DNA of 64,000 bases from Nitrospira sp. (GCA_047150005.1 AP038806.1:2144001-2208000), one strand, 5' to 3'; counted from the stretch's first letter, positions 47,106 through 56,578 are shown. The notes: a model not told the origin generated them from the sequence alone. Made by a program: numbers and translations.

Positions 47106-47204
47106 AGGGGGGATGCCACTTTCGTGGGCATGACGCGAGAGGAAACTGACCACTGCCGAGCCGTTCGATCTTTCCAAGACCCTTTTTCATGGTTGCATGG
47201 TTGC

Positions 47205-47233
47205 ACTGTATGTGTGGGTAAATCCTCCGTCAA
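47205..47233 (-). promoter_or_regulatory. Putative sigma70 promoter for ispA-hpnA-cruF
   Basis: TTGACG-17 bp-TACAGT on the minus strand. Confidence 0.5.
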
Positions 47234-47293
47234 GGGATCTTCAAGGAAATAGGATACGAGGTGACTAGGCGGCGATTTGGCCGCTCATCAAGC

Positions 47294-47385
47294 GGGGCAG
47301 GAACAGGTCGCGGCCGGGGCGGCCTGGTCGAGAAAGCGATCGACTTCGATCCGTTTGTGTTCGAGACAGTCTCGGGTGTTCACGG
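47294..47385 (-). pseudogene. Degenerate duplicate of the ispA 5' end
   Basis: Translates VNTRDCLEHKRIEVDRFLDQAAPAAT vs IspA MNIKNYLEHKRIEVDRFLDQVTPAAT. Confidence 0.8.
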
Positions 47386-47419
47386 GTGTTCATTGGGGGA
47401 ATAGGTGCAGTTCAAACTG

Positions 47420-47660
47420 ACGGTCTACCGGCTTCGCTCAACGCGGGCCTTGTTGGCCGCCGGCTGCCTCATGTGCGCTTGGCGCCGCAACTGGTTCCGT
47501 CCGACGCGTTGCGTGAACGGCACTGCGAACAGCGACGCCACCTGTGGAGCAGGACGCCCCCATTCGTTGCAAGCGGAAACACAAGGCCCAACGGCCGCTT
47601 AGCCGGCAGACCGATAGTGGGTCGATCAGAACTCCATGTTAAGCAGCAGACCTTGCCTGG
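47420..47660. repeat. Composite repeat related to 48715-48860
   Basis: 47420-47490 resembles the reverse complement of about 48740-48810; 47581-47660 is a direct repeat of about 48776-48858. Confidence 0.7.
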
Positions 47661-47834
47661 AAGAGCGGGAACCTACGGAAACTCAGTGAGAAAATAAGCT
47701 CGAACCGACCGAACAGTGCGGTCATGAAAAAGGGCGGGAGTCGTTGCTTTAGGCGACCAGGAGATTGGTGCTCTACAAATGGCGAGGACCTTGCTCTCAC
47801 CACCCGTCTTCACAGACGGGGAATTCACGCCGGA

Positions 47835-48290
47835 TTAGATCAAGTCATCGACGATCAAGCAGTCGATTTCGTTGACCCGCCGGAGGCTTCGATCATTCCC
47901 ATAAAAACGGGCAGCCTTGTGGCTGATCGCGGTGGCCAATTGAATGGCGTCAGGCGTGCTGAGGCGGTAGCGTGCGCGTAACTCAGCGGCTCGATCGGCA
48001 AGACTCATGCTGACAGGAACCCAGTCAAGTGTTGGGTAGGTCGTGGTGAGAGCAAAGATCTTCTGGGCCAACTCCTCTTTGTGCTCCCGATAGGGCTGGA
48101 CCAGCAATTCCAGGAGGGTCACGGTCGATGTCACGGCGGGATTCTGTCGCCGTTCGATACGGTCAAACAAGGTTGCGCACCAGGGCCCATACCGCGGATG
48201 ATCTTCAAGGAAATAAATGAAGAGGTTGGTGTCGAGGCCGATTCGTTGATGTGGGCTGGGAAGGCCTTGCAAGGGAGAGGCCGCTACCAC
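47835..48290 (-). CDS. vapC: PIN-domain toxin (VapC family)
   Basis: LDTN..IY, T..EL, L...DAI.LATA, ND..L. Confidence 0.9.
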   Translation of the reverse strand: MVAASPLQGLPSPHQRIGLDTNLFIYFLEDHPRYGPWCATLFDRIERRQNPAVTSTVTLLELLVQPYREHKEELAQKIFALTTTYPTLDWVPVSMSLADRAAELRARYRLSTPDAIQLATAISHKAARFYGNDRSLRRVNEIDCLIVDDLI

Positions 48291-48502
48291 GACCGGCGTT
48301 CCCGTTTCAGGTAGCCGGTTGGATAGGTCCCTTTGGCCAACCCTCGCAATGTTCGCGCATACTTTTTGGGCTTCGGCATGACCAGTGTGAGATCATCCTT
48401 CACCACGACCAGCAACTCATCGCCGCCTTTGACGCCCATTGCCTTCCGCGCCTCTTTCGGGATGACGATCTGATTCTTGCTGCTAAGCTTCTGCACAGCC
48501 AT
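48284..48502 (-). CDS. AbrB/MazE-type antitoxin
   Basis: KLSSKNQIVIPKEAR..MG...GD.L; overlaps the PIN gene start. Confidence 0.88.
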   Translation of the reverse strand: MAVQKLSSKNQIVIPKEARKAMGVKGGDELLVVVKDDLTLVMPKPKKYARTLRGLAKGTYPTGYLKRERRSW

Positions 48503-48520
48503 AGGGTCTCCTTCATCCAG

Positions 48521-48548
48521 GCTTTACGTTATCATACAAAAGTAAAGC
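48521..48548. promoter_or_regulatory. Putative TA autorepression operator
   Basis: GCTTTAC-N14-GTAAAGC palindrome enclosing TATGAT (-10, minus strand). Confidence 0.55.
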
Positions 48549-48714
48549 ACCTCAACTTCTGGCTTGGGTCGGCCTATTGCGCCAACAAGCGCTACTGAAT
48601 CGACTTCGCGCATCCAATGCTCCTTCCACGCTTGTTCGTTCCACTCTTTCCTTATGGCGGGATCAGGGGAATCGGGTATCCGTTCAGGCGCGATGCGTAG
48701 CAGAGCAAGGCCTG

Positions 48715-48899
48715 CTGGCCGAGCCGTTGAGCCTTGTGTTTCGCTGCCAAGCACCCATAAGGCGGACAGCGGCCAACAAGGCCCAGGCTTGAGCCAAGCC
48801 GGCAGACCGGTAGATAGGTCGATCAGGACTCACTGCTGAGGAGCAGACCTTGCCTGGATTCCCGCTTCCGCGGGAATGACAAACTTGATGGCGAACTGA
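48715..48899. repeat. Composite palindromic repeat with GGATTCCCGC-GCGGGAATGAC core
   Basis: Matches the copies at 47016-47105 (inverted) and 47420-47660. Confidence 0.75.
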
Positions 48900-48989
48900 T
48901 CCGCTCCCACCCTTTGATCTCTCTGTATGACGACTGCATAATGAAAACAGTGACCTCGACCAAGTATGAGGATCACTGGGAGGTGCATC

Positions 48990-49286
48990 ATGGCGGTGAC
49001 ATTGATCAACGTGTTTTCGGTTCCGAAAGGTCAGGAAGAGGCCTTTGTGAAATGGTGGCAGGACGTGAAGGCCGACATTACCGCACAGCCCGGCTTCATC
49101 AGCGGCAAGTTCCATCAAAGCCTCAAGCCCGACAGCAAGTTCAATTTCATCAACGTCGCGATCTGGGACAACGAAGAGATCTACTGGAAAGCCTACGAAA
49201 AGAGCGTGACGCCGATGAAAGCCAAGCTGGCGCAGTTGGGCGTCGAGATGGTGCCGGCGCTCTACCGCGTTGCGTTCGAATATTGA
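48990..49286 (+). CDS. Antibiotic biosynthesis monooxygenase (ABM) domain protein
   Basis: VTLINVF.V..G.EE.F..WW, QPGFIS..FH.S, FINVA.W. Confidence 0.85.
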   Translation: MAVTLINVFSVPKGQEEAFVKWWQDVKADITAQPGFISGKFHQSLKPDSKFNFINVAIWDNEEIYWKAYEKSVTPMKAKLAQLGVEMVPALYRVAFEY

Positions 49287-49290
49287 TTTG

Positions 49291-49342
49291 CGGCGTAGTT
49301 TGTTGCCTTGACTTCATCGCACTCGACCAATAAACTACGCCG
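49291..49342. terminator. Inverted repeat after the ABM gene
   Basis: CGGCGTAGTTTGTTG / CAATAAACTACGCCG with a long loop. Confidence 0.4.
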
Positions 49343-49527
49343 GTCACGGGCGCTTCCGATCAGAGCGACGCCGATGGGGTGTCGGCATGAAACCTGGCCG
49401 GTCTTGCCTTAATAGCTGTATCTAATGGTTCCCCTGTCGATTTAATCCCTCAGAGTTGAAAATCCGTGATGTTCTGCCCCTCTCTGTCTCGGTTCATGGT
49501 CTGGTGTCTCGCCGGTTTCGCTCCTCC

Positions 49528-50460
49528 ATGCCTGGCGATTGGCAGATACTCTCAGAGGTCCCGGTGGTAGCTGCTCGTCCCGGTCAGTCGACTCCGCTCA
49601 AGTCTCTTGGGCTTTCGTGGGAATCACTCCCGTTCATCGCGATCCATCTGCTCTGCCTCGCCGCAATCCTGACGGGTGTACGATGGGAATGGGTCCTCCT
49701 GGCCGTGGGGAGTTACTACGTGAGGATGATCGGCGTCACGGCGGGGTACCATCGCTATTTCTCGCACCGCTCGTTTAAAACCAGCCGGGTGTTTCAATTT
49801 CTGTTGGCGTTTTGGGCCATGACGTCGGCCCAGAAGGGCGTGTTGTGGTGGGCTGCCCATCACCGCCATCACCACAAATATTCGGATCGGGAGGAGGATT
49901 TCCATTCTCCCTTGCAACGGGGATTCTGGTATTCGCACATCGGCTGGATCCTCTCGGATGATCATGTCAAGGCTGATTTGAGCCTGGTGAAGGACCTCAG
50001 TCGTTATCCTGAAATTCAATTCCTCGATCGGTTTTATTTTCTTCCTCCGGTCGTGTATGGCGGCCTGCTTTGCCTGCTCTGGGGATTTCCGGGGCTGGTC
50101 TGGGGCTTCTTCGTCTCTACGACGGCTCTTTACCATTGCACGTTCTTCATCAACTCACTGACCCATCTGTTCGGGACCGTTCGCTACCGATCCGGCGACG
50201 GGAGCAGAAACAGTTTCATCCTCGCCCTTCTCTGTTGTGGAGAAGGCTGGCACAACAACCACCACCATTATCAGAGCGCGGCCAACCAGGGCTGGTTCTG
50301 GTGGGAGGTGGATCTGTCTTACTACGTCCTGGTCGCACTGTCGTGGGTTGGGCTTGTGTGGGATATCCGCACGCCGCCCCCGCAGGTCAAAGCCGCGACC
50401 ATCGCCACCGAGCTGTCCTTCCGATCGGACGGCCCCCAGGCACCGGCCGCCCTCCGGTAG
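49528..50460 (+). CDS. Membrane fatty acid (acyl-CoA/acyl-lipid) desaturase
   Basis: Three His boxes HRYFSH, HRHHH, WHNNHH; start codon uncertain. Confidence 0.92.
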   Translation: MPGDWQILSEVPVVAARPGQSTPLKSLGLSWESLPFIAIHLLCLAAILTGVRWEWVLLAVGSYYVRMIGVTAGYHRYFSHRSFKTSRVFQFLLAFWAMTSAQKGVLWWAAHHRHHHKYSDREEDFHSPLQRGFWYSHIGWILSDDHVKADLSLVKDLSRYPEIQFLDRFYFLPPVVYGGLLCLLWGFPGLVWGFFVSTTALYHCTFFINSLTHLFGTVRYRSGDGSRNSFILALLCCGEGWHNNHHHYQSAANQGWFWWEVDLSYYVLVALSWVGLVWDIRTPPPQVKAATIATELSFRSDGPQAPAALR

Positions 50461-50503
50461 GGTTGTCATGGCGGGTGCTGTCGGCCATTCTGAACGGCGG
50501 ATC

Positions 50504-51613
50504 ATGAGTCAGAAATCCACGATCGAGAGTTTGCTTGAGAAAGCCCGTATCCGGATCGACGGACCGGAGCCGGGCGACATCCTCGTCCGCGACGACCGCT
50601 TTTACGCCCGCGTCTTGGCGGAGGGTTCGCTTGGATTGGGTGAATCCTACATGGACGGCTGGTGGGACGCGCGGCGCTTGGACGAATTCTTCTCCAGGTT
50701 TCACGACGTGCCGCTGGACCACGCCGTCGTCGACAAGTACCTGATCATGAACGCCCTGAAGGCGCGGCTGTTCAACATGCAGAACAGGCGGCTATCGAGG
50801 CGCGTTGCCCAGCAGCATTACGATCTGGACAGTGCGTTTTATGAGAAGATGCTCGGTCCGTACATGCAGTACACCTGCGCCTATTGGAAGCGGGCCAAGG
50901 ATCTGGAGACGGCGCAGAAGCATAAGCTGGATCTCATCTGCAGAAAGCTGCACCTTCAGAAGGGGGATCGGGTGCTCGAACTCGGTTGCGGATGGGGCGG
51001 CTTTGCCCGCTATGCCTCCACCCACTACGGATGCCACGTGACGGCCTATAACATTTCGGAGCAACAAGTCAGTTACGCGCGTAAATGGTGCGAGGATCTC
51101 ACCGTCGAGGTGATTCATGGCGACTACCGGGAAGCGGTCGGCGAATTCGACAAGGTCGCGGCGATCGGCTTGTGCGAACACGTCGGATTCAAAAATTACC
51201 GGACACTCATGGAGACGGTCCATCGGACGCTGAAGCGTCGGGGCCTGTTTCTGCTCCATACGATCGGGAACAACGCTTCGGTCTCGACGGCCGATCCCTG
51301 GTTCGACAAATACATTTTCCCCGGCGGCATGCTCCCGTCCGTTGCGCAGCTCAGCGCGGCGATGGACGGGCTTCTGGTGCTGGAAGACTGGCACAATTTC
51401 GGGCCCGATTACGACCGCACACTCGTGGCCTGGCAGGAGAATGTGGACCGGCATTGGGAGGAGCTCAAGGCCAAATTCGACGAACGGTTCCGCCGGATGT
51501 GGCGCTATTACCTCTTGTCGCTGGCCGGGGCCTTCCGCGCCCGCCGCATTCACCTGTGGCAGGTCGTGCTCTCCAAGCACGGTGTGTTGGGCGGCTACGA
51601 ACCCGTACGATAG
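50504..51613 (+). CDS. Cfa-family SAM-dependent fatty acyl methyltransferase
   Basis: GSLGLGESYMDGWW, HYDL, MQYTCAYW, LELGCGWGG, KYIFPGG, F.RMW.YYL. Confidence 0.92.
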   Translation: MSQKSTIESLLEKARIRIDGPEPGDILVRDDRFYARVLAEGSLGLGESYMDGWWDARRLDEFFSRFHDVPLDHAVVDKYLIMNALKARLFNMQNRRLSRRVAQQHYDLDSAFYEKMLGPYMQYTCAYWKRAKDLETAQKHKLDLICRKLHLQKGDRVLELGCGWGGFARYASTHYGCHVTAYNISEQQVSYARKWCEDLTVEVIHGDYREAVGEFDKVAAIGLCEHVGFKNYRTLMETVHRTLKRRGLFLLHTIGNNASVSTADPWFDKYIFPGGMLPSVAQLSAAMDGLLVLEDWHNFGPDYDRTLVAWQENVDRHWEELKAKFDERFRRMWRYYLLSLAGAFRARRIHLWQVVLSKHGVLGGYEPVR

Positions 51614-51617
51614 GCGC

Positions 51618-52958
51618 ATGATTCCTTTTGACGCGTATGCGGAGAAGCGGGCGCGCGCCGCCGCCAGCATGCAGGCCCTGGGCTCCGGGGGACTGACGCT
51701 GGAGAAATCCACGTCCAATCTCTTTCGGCATCGCACCGGATCGACGGGACACCGGCTCGACTTGCGGGAGTTCCGACATGTCATCCGGATCGATGAGCAG
51801 AGCCGGACGGCGGACGTGGAAGCCTTGACGACCTACGAGGAACTCGTCCGGGAAACCTTGCCGTTCCAATTGATGCCGGCGGTGGTGCCGCAGCTCAAGT
51901 CCATCACGGTCGGCGGCGCGGTCGCCGGGATCGGCATCGAATCCTCATCCTTCCGGCACGGGTTCGTCCACGAGACCATGCATGAGCTGGATATCCTGCT
52001 CGCCGAAGGGCGCGTCGTCACGGCGACCCCCGACAACGACCATCGCGAGATCTTCTTCGGATTTCCGAATTCCTACGGCACGCTGGGCTATGCGCTGCGC
52101 GCCGTCATCGAGCTGATTCCGATCAAACCCTTCGTGCGGCTCACGCACCGCCGCTTTACGGATCCGGACCGATACTTTGAGGCCATGTCGGAGGCCTGCC
52201 GTTCGGGCGACGCCGATTTCGTGGACGGCACGATGTTCAACGCGCAGACGTTCTATCTGACGACGGGAGTCTTCGTGGATCGGGCCGAATGGCTGAGCGA
52301 TTACACGTATCTGCGGATGTACTATCGCTCCGTGACGGAGAAGGCGACGGATTACCTGATCGCGCATGACTATCTCTGGCGTTGGGACACGGATTGGTTC
52401 TGGTGCTCCAAACATTTCTTGCTGCAGTATCCGATCATGCGGCGGCTGTGGGGCAAAGAACGGCTCAATTCGAAGGTGTACTGGAGACTGTGGAAGCGGG
52501 CTCACGCCTCGCGGGTTGCACAACTGGCGTTGAAGATGATCGGAGGCCGGCAGGAGGCCGTCATTCAAGACGTGGAGATCCCGATCGAACAGGCGCCTCG
52601 CTTTGCGCGGTTCTTCAACGAGCGCATCGGCATCACGCCCGTTTGGCTGTGTCCGGTCGCGGCGCACGATCCGTCCCGCTCGTACACCTTGTATCCCATG
52701 GAACCGCGCACGGTCTACGTCAATTTCGGTTTCTGGGATACGGTGAAGAGCCGCCACGGCGACGGGCATTTCAACAAGCTGGTCGAGGCCGCGGTTCGCG
52801 ACCTCCACGGCCACAAGTCGCTGTACTCGACCTCGTATTATTCTCGAGAAGAGTTCGATCGGCTGTACAACGGCGAGGCCTATCGCCGTCTCAAGGGCCG
52901 GTACGATCCGGGGAACCGGTTGAAAAGCCTCTATGAGAAATGTGTGCTCAAGCTCTGA
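51618..52958 (+). CDS. FAD-binding oxidoreductase (BfaA/TmsA, DHCR24-like)
   Basis: K.TSNLFR, VVPQLKSITVGGAV.G.GIESSSFR, FPNSYGTLGY, YLWRWDTDWFWCS, QDVEIP, KSLYS. Confidence 0.88.
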   Translation: MIPFDAYAEKRARAAASMQALGSGGLTLEKSTSNLFRHRTGSTGHRLDLREFRHVIRIDEQSRTADVEALTTYEELVRETLPFQLMPAVVPQLKSITVGGAVAGIGIESSSFRHGFVHETMHELDILLAEGRVVTATPDNDHREIFFGFPNSYGTLGYALRAVIELIPIKPFVRLTHRRFTDPDRYFEAMSEACRSGDADFVDGTMFNAQTFYLTTGVFVDRAEWLSDYTYLRMYYRSVTEKATDYLIAHDYLWRWDTDWFWCSKHFLLQYPIMRRLWGKERLNSKVYWRLWKRAHASRVAQLALKMIGGRQEAVIQDVEIPIEQAPRFARFFNERIGITPVWLCPVAAHDPSRSYTLYPMEPRTVYVNFGFWDTVKSRHGDGHFNKLVEAAVRDLHGHKSLYSTSYYSREEFDRLYNGEAYRRLKGRYDPGNRLKSLYEKCVLKL

Positions 52959-53020
52959 CGAGACGGCCGGTTCCGTAGCCGCTTGTCATTCGGCCGACCG
53001 CTTGGCTATACTCCTCCGTT

Positions 53021-53305
53021 ATGAGTATCAGAAAAGCCGGCGGTGATTGGGAGCCGATGCTGCTGCCGATCGAGCCGCGACAGTGTAAAGTGTGCCGGCA
53101 GGGACTCTATCGCGACAAAACGATGCTCCGTGGCGGCTGGTCCCGCTGCAGCGTCTGCGACGAGTTCGTTCACTATAGCTGCCTGGCCAGCGGTAGGGTG
53201 TCGTTCCTCAAGGCCCGACCTCGTATCTGCAAGACCTGCCGCGCTGCAGAAAGAGCCGCTTCCGCCACCCCGACGGTGGATCATCCGACAGCCGTGGGCT
53301 CGTGA
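53021..53305 (+). CDS. Small C4HC3 (PHD-finger-like) zinc-binding protein
   Basis: CxxC-17-CxxC-4-HxxC-15-CxxC. Confidence 0.7.
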   Translation: MSIRKAGGDWEPMLLPIEPRQCKVCRQGLYRDKTMLRGGWSRCSVCDEFVHYSCLASGRVSFLKARPRICKTCRAAERAASATPTVDHPTAVGS

Positions 53306-53634
53306 CCGATCCCGACCCAGGCCGGTCCTCCGATGACACGACGTGGCAGCAGGTTCTGGCGCAGAGCGTGCGCTATGTGTTGGCCCCGCTGATTCTCCTG
53401 TCCAGCGGCTTCTTTACGGCGAATTTCCTCATCAGCGGCCAGTACACGTGGCCGAGAACGAGTCGGGCTGCGGCCTTGACGCTGACGTTGCTCGTTCTGT
53501 GCTATGAATTTGTCTATAAGGAACATCGAGCGAAAACCGGATCGCACGAGCGGGCGCGCGCCGTCCTGCTGTATGCCTGCGTGATTCCCTACATGGTGGG
53601 CGCCATGATCATGGTGGCGCTGTGGAAGTTGTAA
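53302..53634 (+). CDS. Small 3-TM membrane protein
   Basis: Three hydrophobic segments; coupled (GTGA) to the upstream gene. Confidence 0.7.
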   Translation: MTDPDPGRSSDDTTWQQVLAQSVRYVLAPLILLSSGFFTANFLISGQYTWPRTSRAAALTLTLLVLCYEFVYKEHRAKTGSHERARAVLLYACVIPYMVGAMIMVALWKL

Positions 53635-53702
53635 ACGGCTCGTAACAGAGCCGACGGGCTTGCCACAATCGGCGCCAGGCCTGCGCGGCTGAAAGAGAGT
53701 CC

Positions 53703-54077
53703 ATGGCCCAAGTGTTTCGCAGCGGGGCGTTTCTTCAGCAATGCTGGTCGGTGCATCCGCTTTGCATCGCGGTCAAACGGATGGCGGACAACCGCACGCT
53801 CATTCTCAGCTGCAGTTCCTGCCGGTCCGTTCATCACCTGGCGCTGGGGTTGGTCACGGTACGGGCTTCGGTGGTGCCGGCCGATCCGCAGGACTCCGAA
53901 AGGGCGGATGATGCCGATGAAGGTGGGGCTCGGCTCACGGAATGTCTCCAGGCGCACGCGGTGGCCCTGTCGCTCCGGGACATGGATGTGTTCAGGGATC
54001 AGGCGCTGATCCGTTGCGCGGAATGCCGGCGACATTATGCCTTGGCGGTGACGGCCTTTGAGACGCATCAAAAGTGA
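53703..54077 (+). CDS. Hypothetical protein with two CxxxH...CxxC repeats
   Basis: CWSVH..CSSC and CLQAH..CAEC. Confidence 0.7.
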   Translation: MAQVFRSGAFLQQCWSVHPLCIAVKRMADNRTLILSCSSCRSVHHLALGLVTVRASVVPADPQDSERADDADEGGARLTECLQAHAVALSLRDMDVFRDQALIRCAECRRHYALAVTAFETHQK

Positions 54078-54133
54078 TGGGGCGTGGTAGGGGAAGCCTC
54101 CGTGGCCTTGTTCGACGTTCGGCGCAGTCTCCT

Positions 54134-54745
54134 ATGAACGGTTTCACCGACGAGGAAACCGCCCTGCTCACGGACGGCGAGTTCTTTCGCAAGAAACAGC
54201 GGATCTCCGCGAAGATTCGAGCGATGTTGGAGGCCACTCACCTCGCCCTCAACGACGAGCTGACCCGCGCGCGGCTGCTGGCCCCTTCCGAGTTCGACCT
54301 GTCGCATCACCAGTTCGTAAAGGGCGAACATTTAGAATCCTGCCCGTATCAGTACCTCGATTGCCCCAAGCACTTTCAGGGGCCCGACAAGTACACATTC
54401 CGAACGCTCTTCTGGTGGGGCCACCATGTGGTCTTTGCCTGGATTCTGGAGGGTGCGCTCGTCAAGCAATACAAGAAGAATCTGGTCGACCGATTCCATT
54501 CCGTCGCAGGCCGGCACCTGGAATTGTCCACGGCTCCGACCCTTTGGGAATGGAAATGCGGGGAGGGGTATACGGTTCCTCTCACCCATGACCGCAAGGC
54601 GACGACGGCCGCCGTTCTGGCTGAACGGGGATTTCTCAAAATCGGGCGGTATGTCTCCCTCGGTGATGCCCGGGTCCGGCAGGGGGACCTGGCCTCGCTC
54701 GCCCGGGAGGCGTTTGCCGCCCTGAACCCCATTGTCTCCTCTTGA
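54134..54745 (+). CDS. Hypothetical protein
   Basis: Long ORF with protein-like composition (KGE.LE..PY.YLD.P, RTLFWWGH). Confidence 0.7.
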   Translation: MNGFTDEETALLTDGEFFRKKQRISAKIRAMLEATHLALNDELTRARLLAPSEFDLSHHQFVKGEHLESCPYQYLDCPKHFQGPDKYTFRTLFWWGHHVVFAWILEGALVKQYKKNLVDRFHSVAGRHLELSTAPTLWEWKCGEGYTVPLTHDRKATTAAVLAERGFLKIGRYVSLGDARVRQGDLASLAREAFAALNPIVSS

Positions 54746-54842
54746 AATTTCCCTGTTTGTGAAGGCATAGGGATTTCGGTAGACTAGCGCCGTTCTTTCT
54801 CACGGACTCAATCATGCGGTTGTTGATGACCAAGGAGGTCAA

Positions 54843-55490
54843 ATGGATACGGTGTTGATGCGTGCTGGGGCGGTGATGGTGTTGCTGGTAGGCGGGCTGA
54901 TCGGGTCCGGTTGCGGGGGAAGCGGCAAGACCGTGCATTTGGACGTCGTTCCCAAACCGATGGCGGCGCAGATGGCGGAGCCTGAGGCCGTCAAGATCGT
55001 GGTCATCCCGTTCGAAGACCGGCGTATGGAGAAGAACCGCGTCGGTATGCGGACGCATCTCTGGGGCGGGGTCACCTACTTCAACGTGAAGGGCGACAAG
55101 CCGGGCGACGCCTATGCGCAGGCGCTGGCCGAACGGTTGCGGGCCAGAGGATGGCACGACCGGTCATGGGATGTCCGTGTGTTGCCTGCCGCCCCGGAGA
55201 ACGGAGCGGACATCGTGATCACCGGGCAGATCGTGGACTTGTCCGCCAACGCCAAGAGCCGGATGTTTTCGACGGCACTCACGTCCGGCAGCAAGGTGAC
55301 GATTTCCGCGAACAACAACGGGGACAAAACCACCACCAATCGAACCATCGAGGGCGCGCAGACCGACACCGTCTTTTGGTTCACCGACAGCGACGTGCAG
55401 AAACTGCTCACCGCGACCATCAAGGACACGATTGATCGGTACGTCGAGGATACGACGATTTCACAGCGCACACTCCGTCCCAGCCGATAG
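54843..55490 (+). CDS. Lipoprotein (YajG-like fold possible)
   Basis: AAGGAGG RBS, lipobox GSGC, V.PFED.R. Confidence 0.75.
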   Translation: MDTVLMRAGAVMVLLVGGLIGSGCGGSGKTVHLDVVPKPMAAQMAEPEAVKIVVIPFEDRRMEKNRVGMRTHLWGGVTYFNVKGDKPGDAYAQALAERLRARGWHDRSWDVRVLPAAPENGADIVITGQIVDLSANAKSRMFSTALTSGSKVTISANNNGDKTTTNRTIEGAQTDTVFWFTDSDVQKLLTATIKDTIDRYVEDTTISQRTLRPSR

Positions 55491-55516
55491 GAGAGCGATG
55501 ACAGAGGAGGAGGCCA

Positions 55517-56578
55517 GTGCGGGAACGTCGGTGGGAAACGACCGCGCCACTGTCGTTCGGACAGGTGTTGGCCGTGGGCGAACGGCTGGCCTCGCTGGGG
55601 CTGAAACCGGCGGTCGCGGCCAAGGACATCATCTGCTATGTCGAGGATTGGACGGTCGAGGCGGCCGAGGATTTCGACGGCCTCGATGCCTGGGCCACGG
55701 AAGACGTCACCCTGGTTCATGTGCGAAGCGGCTGGCGGGGGGATTTTTTCCTGCTGGCGGGGGCCTATCACACGGTCTACGAACGCCATCAAAACGTCGG
55801 CACCTACTGTTCCATCAGCCATCCTTGGCGGAATCGCGAACCGCTGGTCCATCACGAAAGCCGCAGTATGCTCTGGCTGGGCTTTCGCCATGCGCATTCG
55901 TTTGTGCGTGTGCGACTCCAAACCAAGGAGGTCATCAGCCCCGGTGAGACCAGGGGCGACGACCAGCGGGAACAATGGCTGGAAGAACGCCGGGCCGCGT
56001 TTCTTGAGGCCATTACCGCGCTCGAGGTGGCGGTTGAAACGGCGATTGAGAAGCAGCAGGTCGTCCTGCGACCGGCCGATCCGCAGGTGCCGTTTTTCTG
56101 CTCCTGGCCCGATGCCTTCGGCCCCTGTCAGTTCGAATACAACACCACGGATGCGTACGAGTTTTTGGTCCCGGCCAGCCGGTTGGCCGCGACCTTCGCA
56201 CCGGAGCCTGCCGGCGTGCGGGCGTATCTGACCGGCTTTTCCGAAGGGGCGCTCGGCGAATTTGCGGCGATCGAGCCCCAAGCCCGCCTGGCCTACCGGT
56301 GCTCGGTGCATTGTCCCTTGGACGACCTGCCGGAAATCCGGAGTGTGATCGAGCCGGAGGGACGTCTCTATGCCACGCTTTGCGAATTTCAAACCCAGGA
56401 CTTGATTCCGGAACGAGACGACGCATCGGCCATCGTGGGAGTCATGGGAACCGGCGCAGGTTTCCACTTGGAGGTTCGCCTGAATCGAGCTCCACTCCCC
56501 GAGCAGCAGATGGCTGGGTGGTTGGAGCGCCTACTCGGATATCCGGTGGTGTATGCGCCGCTCCCCGCATTCATCTGA
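55517..56578 (+). CDS. Hypothetical protein
   Basis: 353-aa ORF, strong GGAGG RBS, co-oriented with its neighbours. Confidence 0.7.
   Translation: MRERRWETTAPLSFGQVLAVGERLASLGLKPAVAAKDIICYVEDWTVEAAEDFDGLDAWATEDVTLVHVRSGWRGDFFLLAGAYHTVYERHQNVGTYCSISHPWRNREPLVHHESRSMLWLGFRHAHSFVRVRLQTKEVISPGETRGDDQREQWLEERRAAFLEAITALEVAVETAIEKQQVVLRPADPQVPFFCSWPDAFGPCQFEYNTTDAYEFLVPASRLAATFAPEPAGVRAYLTGFSEGALGEFAAIEPQARLAYRCSVHCPLDDLPEIRSVIEPEGRLYATLCEFQTQDLIPERDDASAIVGVMGTGAGFHLEVRLNRAPLPEQQMAGWLERLLGYPVVYAPLPAFI

Noticed and set aside
47236..47251. 16-bp exact match (GATCTTCAAGGAAATA) to vapC 48200-48215
   Set aside because: Similarity does not extend on either side; could be chance or a tiny remnant, so no function can be argued.
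48524..48754. ORF upstream of the antitoxin
   Set aside because: Starts inside the repeat element and has no motif; at best a gene remnant.
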